A program made the position numbers and the translations under genes. From NCBI GenBank assembly GCA_000388065.2, contig KB932208.1: DNA of 13,987 nt; one strand, 5' to 3'. The stretch is from Fonticula alba ATCC 38817 (taxonomy: Eukaryota; Protista; Nucleariida). Under the pieces are notes generated by a model. It was not told the DNA's origin. It saw only the letters and a list, made by a program, of their open reading frames with translations, and did not search any database. Within the stretch, counting starts at the first letter, position 1. The number at the start of each line of letters is the position of its first letter. Positions 1-7,181 of this stretch are shown piece after piece.

Positions 1-50
1 CCCCGCCCCGGAGCCCCGACCCCACACTTACACACCGGCACACCACGCAG

Positions 51-1198
51 TCCCGCCCGCCCCCCTCGGCCCGGCGGCCGACGGCACCGAGCCCCCCTTC
101 ACCTATGACTCCCTGCGCCGGACCATCCCCCGGCACTGCTTCGAGCGGTCGCTCGCCCGGTCGCTCGGCTACCTGGCCGTGGACCTGGCCTACGTCGTGG
201 TCCAGACCCTGGCCTTCCTCTGGGTGGACCGGCGCCTGGCCGGCTACAGCGACCTCCTCTCGTGGGGCCTCTGGACCGCCTGCTTCCTGACCTACACCTT
301 CCTCCAGGGCGTGGCCTTCACCTCGATCTGGGTGCTGGCCCACGAGTGCGGCCACCAGGCCTTCTCCCCGTCGGCCGTGGCCAACGACACCATCGGCTTC
401 ATCCTGCACACCATGCTCTTCGTGCCGTACTTCAGCTGGCAGCGCACCCACAACACCCACCACAAGTACACCAACAACCTGCAGAAGGACGAGGTGTTCG
501 TCCCGCTGGTTGCCCGCCAGGAGACCGACGTCCAGCAGGCGGCCAATCTCTCCCGCCGCGGGGACATCCAGACCACCCTGCAGCTGGCCGCCATGCTGAT
601 CCTCGGCTGGCCGCTCTACCTGCTGTACAATGCCACCGGCCACAAGACCGAGGGCTTTGCCTCGCACTACCTGCCCTCCTCCGAGATCTTCCTCCCCCGC
701 GATCGGCCCTTCGTCATCCTCAGCAACATCGGCCTGCTGGCCTGGGTGGCCGCCCTCGGCGCCTTCGCCATGCTCACCCCGGCCGGCTGGACCGACATCC
801 TGAAGTTCTACCTCCCGGCCCTCATGGTCAACTATGCCTTCCTGGTGGCCATCACCTTCCTCCAGCACACCGACCGCACCCTGGCCCACTTCGACCATGA
901 GGACTGGAACTACCTCCGCGGCGCCCTCAGCACCATCGACCGCACCATGTCCCCCTGGCTCGATCGCCGCCTGCACCACATCCACACCACCCACGTCAGC
1001 CACCACCTCTTCAGCAAGATCCCCTTCTACCATGCCGGCGAGGCCACGGTCGCCCTGCGCAAGGCCCTCGGCCCCTACTACGCCAGCGACTTCGAGACCC
1101 CCTTCCTGGTGGCGCTCTTCCGCAACTTCCGCGACCTCAACTACAAGCAGAACACCCAGGGCACCTTCTGGTGGCTGGAGACCCATCTGCTGGACTAG
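51..1198 (+). CDS. FAD2: Delta-12 (omega-6) fatty acid desaturase, FAD2 family; 5'-partial (true start lies upstream of the window or of the candidate acceptor at 49-50)
   Basis: The frame of ORF 179..1198 is open back to position 2. It reads EPPFTYDSLRRTIPRHCFERS (89-163), matching the FAD2 N-terminal PPFT..I..AIP.HCF.RS motif. Three His boxes are present: HECGH 341-355, HNTHH 449-463 and HVSHH 992-1006, followed by KIPFYHA.EAT. Several hydrophobic TM segments and strongly C/G-ending codons. Stop TAG at 1196-1198. Candidate 3' splice site CAG at 48-50 with CTTAC at 27-31. Confidence 0.93.
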
Positions 1199-2137
1199 AG
1201 TCCCCCCCCCGGCGGCGTGTGTGTGTGACAACACACATGGGGCGGGGCGCCGGCGCCGGAGCCGACGAGGGATCTCCCCCTCGCGCGCGCGCGCGTGTGT
1301 GTGTGTACCCGTGCTCCGCGCCTCACCCCGAGAGGGGGAGGCCGGGCACCCGGGCACTGCCCCCTGCCCGCTCTTCTCTCCGGGCTTCCGGCGCGCCGAT
1401 GTGCCCCCCCCCCCCCACCCCCCTCCCTTGGGCCAGGCATGCGTGATTGTCCTGTTGCTGCCCTGCCTCCCCTCGTACGAGGGGGGGCGTCGGGCGAGAG
1501 AGAGCCGGCATGGCGAGAAGGGGGCGCGCAGCGAGAGGGCCCGTGCCGGCATGTGCACGTGCACGTGCATCTCCCCGCGCCGCCCCCATCCCTCCCTCTT
1601 TCTCTCTCTTTCTCTTTGCGCAGCGGCAAACACGCATGCATCATCCCCCTCCCCCCCCCCCCCCCCTTTCTCCCTCGCCGCTCCCGAGGGACAATAGAGT
1701 GCTTCTCCCCTTTCTCTTCGAAAAGTATGCTTGTGTCGCTGCGGTGGGTGTTTTGGCGCCGGTGCTGTGTCCCCCGCCGCGCCGTCTCCTGGGCCAGGAG
1801 AGGGGGCGAGGCTATGTCCTTCTTTCCCTTGCGCGCCCCGCCCACTGGAGGGGGGGGAATGTGCCCCGGCGCAAGCGACAAAGGCCCGCCCGTGACTTCC
1901 CTCGCCGCTCCAAGAAGAAAAAGACACACAAAAACCCACCTCTTATGTGTAGCTGCTCTATAGGGGGGGGGGGGGGGAGGGATGCGTCGCTTACACGGGA
2001 GGAAAGCATGGGAAAACAGGGAAGACAACGCGTGCGCATGGCGCCCGCCCGCCACACAGCACAAGGGACAGGGAGGGGGGGAGGAGGGCCACCCGAGGAG
2101 GAGACCCCACGCAGACAGGGCCGCCCGCCATCCCCCC

Positions 2138-3541
2138 TTAGAAGGGATTCCTCCGCGGGGCCGGGCGGGGCCGCGAGGCGAAACTCGACGGGGCCCGCCG
2201 CGACATGGCCGGCGCCGGCTGCTCGGCCAGCACCACGGCCGGACGCTGCTCGGCTTGTGGTGACATCGGGGCCGCCGCCGCCGCCGCCGCCGCCGCCGGT
2301 GACTCCGGCAAGCCGCCCCACACGCACACCCGGCCGTCCTCGCCGCCGGTGATGATGCGGTCCGCCCCGAGCCAGGCCACCGCGCGCACATGGTCCTCAT
2401 GGCCACCGGCCAGGCGCAGAACCTGCCGCACGCCAGCCGGCTGGGTCGGATCCAGCGCCAGCCCGGCCAGCGTCCCGTCGCCCTCGGTGCCCAGCAGCAG
2501 CAGCCCCGGCCCGAGGAGGCCCCCGGCCCCGGCGGCACCCCCTTCCCCGGGGGCCACATACGTCCGGTGGGTGAAGCCAATCAGCGAGTTGACCGCAGCA
2601 CCGGCGGTGCGGGCGCGCGCCCGCACATCCGGCCAATCCACGGCCAGGGCCGCCGTGTCCACGGACCACAGCCCGGCCGTTTCGGCGTGGCTGGTCACCG
2701 CCAAGGCCAGGGGGGCCCCCCCGGCGGCCATGCCCCCGGGCCCCGGCACCCGGGCAAACTCCGCCATGGCCGGGCTCTGCCGGGTGTTCAGCACGCACTC
2801 CACCGACTCCTCCTCCACCGACCGGGCCCCGGCATTCAGCACAAAGGCCGACACCAGACCATCCTCGGCGCACGAGAGGAAGACATTGGCCGCGCGCGGG
2901 TGGCACCGGATGGCCGTCACCTCGTCCGTGTGCGACTCGCCGAAGGTGGCCATCGGCTTCGGGGGGGCGCCGCCGGCCGCCATCCGCACGTCCCACAGGC
3001 ACACCGGCGCACTGCACAGGTCCATGTCCACCGGCGAGCCGGTGACCAGCATATGCCCGCCGGCCGCCACATCGAAGGCCGTCACGCCGCCCGGCCGCCA
3101 GGCCACGCACACGCGCCCGCCCTCGCTCGGCGGTGCCCGCAGGTCCCACATCCGCACGGCCCCATCGGTCCCGGCCGTGGCGAACACCAGCCACGGGATG
3201 TCGGCCACGGCATCGGCCACGCCGGCATCCCCGGCGGCCCCGGCCTCGGCCAGGCTGCCGGCCACCTCGATGGCTCCGGCCTCCGCCCGGCCAAACCGGA
3301 ACCCCTGGGCACCGGGAACATGCAGCGCCGTGGCCAGGCCCATGCCACCGGGCGCCGCGCAGTCGTACAGGCTGATGGTTTCGGTGCTGGTCAGGACGCC
3401 GGCCCGCGCGCTGCCGGCCGCCACCCGCACATCCAGGATGTATGTCCCGGCCCGCGCGTCTGGCACCGCGGTCTCCAGCAGCCCGTGCGTGCTGGGACCG
3501 GCCACGGGGCCGGCTTCCTCGCCGATGGAGAAGGGATCCAT
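2138..3541 (-). CDS. WDR89: WD40-repeat protein, WDR89-like (467 aa, apparently single coding exon)
   Basis: Internal ATG at 3541 of ORF 2138..4234, in frame, with TAA at 2140-2138. WD motifs: TAGTDGAVRMWDLR, VCLWDVR, and GHEDHVRAVAW...TGGEDGRVCVW. The segment ESHTDEVTAIRCHP...FLSCAEDGLVSAF...EESVECVLN resembles the WDR89 segment ESHSDDVTQVRFHP...SGS.DGLVNVFD...EED (family recalled, not searched). Confidence 0.82.
   Translation of the reverse strand: MDPFSIGEEAGPVAGPSTHGLLETAVPDARAGTYILDVRVAAGSARAGVLTSTETISLYDCAAPGGMGLATALHVPGAQGFRFGRAEAGAIEVAGSLAEAGAAGDAGVADAVADIPWLVFATAGTDGAVRMWDLRAPPSEGGRVCVAWRPGGVTAFDVAAGGHMLVTGSPVDMDLCSAPVCLWDVRMAAGGAPPKPMATFGESHTDEVTAIRCHPRAANVFLSCAEDGLVSAFVLNAGARSVEEESVECVLNTRQSPAMAEFARVPGPGGMAAGGAPLALAVTSHAETAGLWSVDTAALAVDWPDVRARARTAGAAVNSLIGFTHRTYVAPGEGGAAGAGGLLGPGLLLLGTEGDGTLAGLALDPTQPAGVRQVLRLAGGHEDHVRAVAWLGADRIITGGEDGRVCVWGGLPESPAAAAAAAAAPMSPQAEQRPAVVLAEQPAPAMSRRAPSSFASRPRPAPRRNPF
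2271..2297 (-). repeat. Trinucleotide repeat (9 units) encoding poly-Ala in the WDR89-like C-terminal tail
   Basis: (GCC)9 on +, translating to ESP-A9-PMS. Confidence 0.9.
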
Positions 3542-3578
3542 GCTGTGTTGGGGGAGAGGGGCAGAGGGAGGGGGGGGG

Positions 3579-3612
3579 GAGAGAGGGAGAGAGAGAGAGA
3601 GAGAGAGAGAGA
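3579..3612. repeat. (GA)n microsatellite upstream of the WDR89-like ATG
   Basis: Direct reading. It forms a pyrimidine tract on the - strand ahead of the CAG at 3545-3543. Confidence 0.9.
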
Positions 3613-4035
3613 AAGGCGAAGAAAGGAAGATGGAGAGGGAGGTAGGGGGGAGTGGCAATGGATCGTGGCCCGCTCGCCGCCCTCGCCGGGGGGGCTCTTG
3701 TCCGGCGGGGCGCACATGCGTGCGATCCGGCATGCGCCTGCCCGCGCGTGCCTCTCTCCGCCAGGCACGGGGAGAGCCAGGGGGGGGGGGGGGGGCCGAG
3801 CCGGGCGCACGCTTCCCCGCGTGCGTGGCTCCGGGCCCCTCTCTCCCGCCGATGCGCCCCCAGCTAGCCGGCCCCGCGCCCCGGCCCGGACCGGCGCCGG
3901 CCTCGGGCGCGCGTGCTTCGGCGAACGAAAGACCCCGGGACCCGCCGCGTGTGCGGCAGGGGTCCCCACGGATCCGGCCCCACTCAAAATAGCGGGGCTT
4001 TGACGGAAGCCATACCGGAAATCCGCCACACCCGT

Positions 4036-4045
4036 GTGGCGTGAT
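4036..4045 (-). promoter_or_regulatory. Candidate sterol regulatory element (ATCACGCCAC) in the divergent WDR89/ERG28 intergenic region
   Basis: The + strand reads GTGGCGTGAT, whose reverse complement fits the SREBP-type consensus RTCACSCCAY. This is a motif match only. Confidence 0.25.
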
Positions 4046-4174
4046 CCCTCGTCCACATGCCACCGCTCTCGACATGCCAACGAATGGCCGGCTCTGCCAC
4101 CTGGCCCGCCGCGCCACAGCCAGCGAACAGGCCGGGCGCGGGCGCGGGCGCGGGGGGGAACAACGCGACCCAAA

Positions 4175-4469
4175 GCACCCCCGCCCGCCCCCGGGAGCCG
4201 TGTGCCAGGAAGCCCCGCACATTTCGCTGATCAAACCGAGGGGGGCGGGAAAGAGGGTTGGGTCTCCCTCCCCCCCCCGTCATGCCTCGGCCGCGGCCGG
4301 GGCCGAGGGGGGAGATCGGAAGAGCACACGTGCACCCCCGCCCGCCCCCGGGAGCCGTGTGCCAGGAAGCCCCGCACATTTCGCTGATCAAACCGAGGGG
4401 GGCGGGAAAGAGGGTTGGGTCCCCCTCCCCCCCCCGTCATGCCTCGGCCGCGGCCGGGGCCGAGGGGGG
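4175..4469. repeat. 138-bp direct repeat pair (4175-4312 and 4332-4469), probably artefactual
   Basis: The copies are identical except for one T/C difference (4265 versus 4422). The period is 157 bp and the spacer is the adapter 19-mer. Confidence 0.92.
4313..4331 (+). other. Illumina TruSeq adapter fragment embedded in the assembly
   Basis: AGATCGGAAGAGCACACGT is identical to the first 19 nt of the TruSeq adapter AGATCGGAAGAGCACACGTCTGAACTCCAGTCAC. Confidence 0.95.
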
Positions 4470-4634
4470 GGGGGGGAGCAGCTGCTCGGCCCTCTGTGGA
4501 GCACGGGCTGCGGCGGGGACCGCTGCCGCCGGCGTCCGCCAGCCGGGGCGGAACGCCGCCGATCCCCTTGCCCGGCCCGCTCGGTTCTTGAGATGGCCGT
4601 CTCGGCAGGGGCGCCAGGCCGGCGCTTCCCCGGC

Positions 4635-4754
4635 NNNNNNNNNNNNNNNNNNNNNNNNNNNNNNNNNNNNNNNNNNNNNNNNNNNNNNNNNNNNNNNNNN
4701 NNNNNNNNNNNNNNNNNNNNNNNNNNNNNNNNNNNNNNNNNNNNNNNNNNNNNN
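4635..4754. other. Assembly gap (120 N)
   Basis: N run followed by C16. Confidence 1.
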
Positions 4755-4817
4755 CCCCCCCCCCCCCCCCAGCCGAAGACCCCTCCGGCACAGCTTGCCT
4801 GACTAGCCGCCTCCGCC

Positions 4818-5759
4818 ATGTTCTCGGTCATGCCTTCCCTCGCCACCCTGGCCCGCGCCTCCCTGATCTACGTGCGCCATGATGCACTGCACGCCGCGCC
4901 CCGCCCTGCCATCGTTGTCCATGCCACTGACCACGCCTCTGCCCCATGGCGGCGGTGCCCCTTGCCCCCGGACAGGCCGCCATCGGCCGGGTCGTTGGCG
5001 CCTACCTCGGCTTCTGCCGCCCGGACCAGCTCCGCAAGTACCTGTACACCATTGGCGCCGTGGAGGGTGCGCACATGCCCCGGCATTCCGGGATCCGGCC
5101 CCTCGCTCCCGCCCTCACCCGCCTCTCGGATATCCGCCCCCCCTTTGCTGCTTGAACACGCTAACCCAACATCCTGTCCATCCATCCATCTCTCTCTCTC
5201 TCTCTCCCGGGGCCGACTCAGTCACCCCCCTGGCCGGCCGCATCTTCACCATGTGGGTCACCCTGACCGGTGTCCTCTGCGTCGTGGCCGCCCACCAGTT
5301 CCACGTCCAGGGTACGGGCATTCGAATCGGCTGCTGCGCCCCCCCCCCCCCCCTCCCCCCCTGTCCCATGGATCTCCCCCGCCTTGCTGACACGCACGCA
5401 CGCCGGCGCCCCGTCCCCCGGGACCAGCCTTCCGCCTGACTGCCATTGCCTCCTTCGGCCTGGCCTTCTCCCACTTCATGTCCGAGGTCTTCATCTTCCG
5501 CACCCTGCGCTTCAAGGACACCTACTCCACCATGGCCGTGGCCCGTAAGTGCTTTCTTCCCCCTGCCCCCCGCCCCTCTGCCACCCACCTCCCTCTCCCC
5601 CGCAAAGACCCCGTGCCCTGACCGCCTTGCCATTTTGTCCCCCCGGTGGATGGAAACCCACCCCCGACGCGTCCATGTACACGCATGCGCGGACGCCCAT
5701 GCGCGCATACAGTCACCTGCACCGTCCTCCTGACCCTCAACGAGCTGATGGGCATGTAA
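4818..5759 (+). CDS. ERG28: ERG28-like ergosterol/sterol biosynthesis scaffold protein (132 aa, 5 exons: 4818-4871, 4976-5066, 5222-5311, 5428-5544, 5713-5759)
   Basis: Manual splicing at GT..AG sites (donors GTGCGC, GTGCGC, GTACGG, GTAAGT; branch-like CTGAC or CTAAC in introns 1-3) gives a 399-nt open frame: MFSVMPSLATLARASLIYAAIGRVVGAYLGFCRPDQLRKYLYTIGAVEVTPLAGRIFTMWVTLTGVLCVVAAHQFHVQAFRLTAIASFGLAFSHFMSEVFIFRTLRFKDTYSTMAVALTCTVLLTLNELMGM*. The motifs VTPLAGRIFTMW and LAFSHFMSEVFIFRT match the Erg28 family patterns (..L.ARTFG.W and LAL.HF.SE.F...T). Size and hydrophobicity also fit. Confidence 0.85.
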
Positions 5760-6177
5760 GCGGCGGCGTGCTGCATGGCCCCTCTTGGCCCCTCCCCCCC
5801 CCCCTTCCCTTGCCCTGCCCTGCGCGCGTAGGACGGCCGGACTATGCCAGTTGAGTCCACCACCTGCGAATGTGCGCCTCCGCCTCTTGTGGGCCGTCTC
5901 AGACATGTATATATATAATGCACACATTTTTTCCGCGCACATCCATGCATGCGTACATATACAACACGGCCTCGATCGGCACAAGTGGAGGTATATCGGA
6001 AAAAAGATGTGCACCCCTTGCTCCTCGCCCCTTCCCCAAAGGAAAAAACCCCGGAGGGCACACAAGAAGGCGATACAGGGGGGGGGGGGGGGGGGGGGGG
6101 GCGTGGTGCTAGCCCAAGCAGCCACGCCCCGCCAATCAACTGCCAGGGGAGGAGGAGGAGGAGGCGAGGAGAAACGG

Positions 6178-6977
6178 NNNNNNNNNNNNNNNNNNNNNNN
6201 NNNNNNNNNNNNNNNNNNNNNNNNNNNNNNNNNNNNNNNNNNNNNNNNNNNNNNNNNNNNNNNNNNNNNNNNNNNNNNNNNNNNNNNNNNNNNNNNNNNN
6301 NNNNNNNNNNNNNNNNNNNNNNNNNNNNNNNNNNNNNNNNNNNNNNNNNNNNNNNNNNNNNNNNNNNNNNNNNNNNNNNNNNNNNNNNNNNNNNNNNNNN
6401 NNNNNNNNNNNNNNNNNNNNNNNNNNNNNNNNNNNNNNNNNNNNNNNNNNNNNNNNNNNNNNNNNNNNNNNNNNNNNNNNNNNNNNNNNNNNNNNNNNNN
6501 NNNNNNNNNNNNNNNNNNNNNNNNNNNNNNNNNNNNNNNNNNNNNNNNNNNNNNNNNNNNNNNNNNNNNNNNNNNNNNNNNNNNNNNNNNNNNNNNNNNN
6601 NNNNNNNNNNNNNNNNNNNNNNNNNNNNNNNNNNNNNNNNNNNNNNNNNNNNNNNNNNNNNNNNNNNNNNNNNNNNNNNNNNNNNNNNNNNNNNNNNNNN
6701 NNNNNNNNNNNNNNNNNNNNNNNNNNNNNNNNNNNNNNNNNNNNNNNNNNNNNNNNNNNNNNNNNNNNNNNNNNNNNNNNNNNNNNNNNNNNNNNNNNNN
6801 NNNNNNNNNNNNNNNNNNNNNNNNNNNNNNNNNNNNNNNNNNNNNNNNNNNNNNNNNNNNNNNNNNNNNNNNNNNNNNNNNNNNNNNNNNNNNNNNNNNN
6901 NNNNNNNNNNNNNNNNNNNNNNNNNNNNNNNNNNNNNNNNNNNNNNNNNNNNNNNNNNNNNNNNNNNNNNNNNNNNN
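6178..6977. other. Assembly gap (800 N), probably hiding kinase subdomains IX-XI
   Basis: N run followed by G26. The visible kinase stops just after APE, and no DVYS/DxWS-type motif is seen on either side of the gap. Confidence 0.95.
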
Positions 6978-7181
6978 GGGGGGGGGGGGGGGGGGGGGGG
7001 GGGAGGCGAAAACGAAAGAGCAAGAGGTTAGCACGCGCATGATGGCGTGGGGAAAATCGAGAAAGAGGGAGGGAGAGAGAGAGAGAGAAAGAAAAAAGCC
7101 CAGCAGGGCAAGAGGAGCCCCCTCCGGAAAAAGAAGCAGTGACAGGGCGACTTGGCCCCATTCGTGTGTGGATGTACGCAC

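Noticed and set aside
1195-2137. ORFs in the FAD2-WDR89 interval
   Set aside because: The translations are dominated by homopolymers and microsatellites. The interval fits convergent 3' UTR/intergenic DNA.
2205-4003. Long + strand ORFs (595 aa and 537 aa) opposite WDR89
   Set aside because: These are antisense shadow frames typical of high-GC3 coding DNA, with low-complexity translation and no motifs.
3542-4234. 231-codon N-terminal extension of ORF 2138..4234
   Set aside because: It runs through GA/G repeats and begins inside the artefactual duplication. WDR89-like similarity starts shortly after Met 3541.
4175-4469. Repeat-spacer-repeat as a CRISPR-like array, LTR remnant or regulatory duplication
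   Set aside because: There are only two 138-bp copies, the spacer is exactly Illumina adapter, the context is eukaryotic and no cas or transposase genes are present.
51-5759. FAD2 plus ERG28 as a lipid biosynthetic gene cluster
   Set aside because: Only two lipid genes from different pathways, separated by an unrelated WD40 gene. Adjacency alone is not evidence without synteny or co-expression data.
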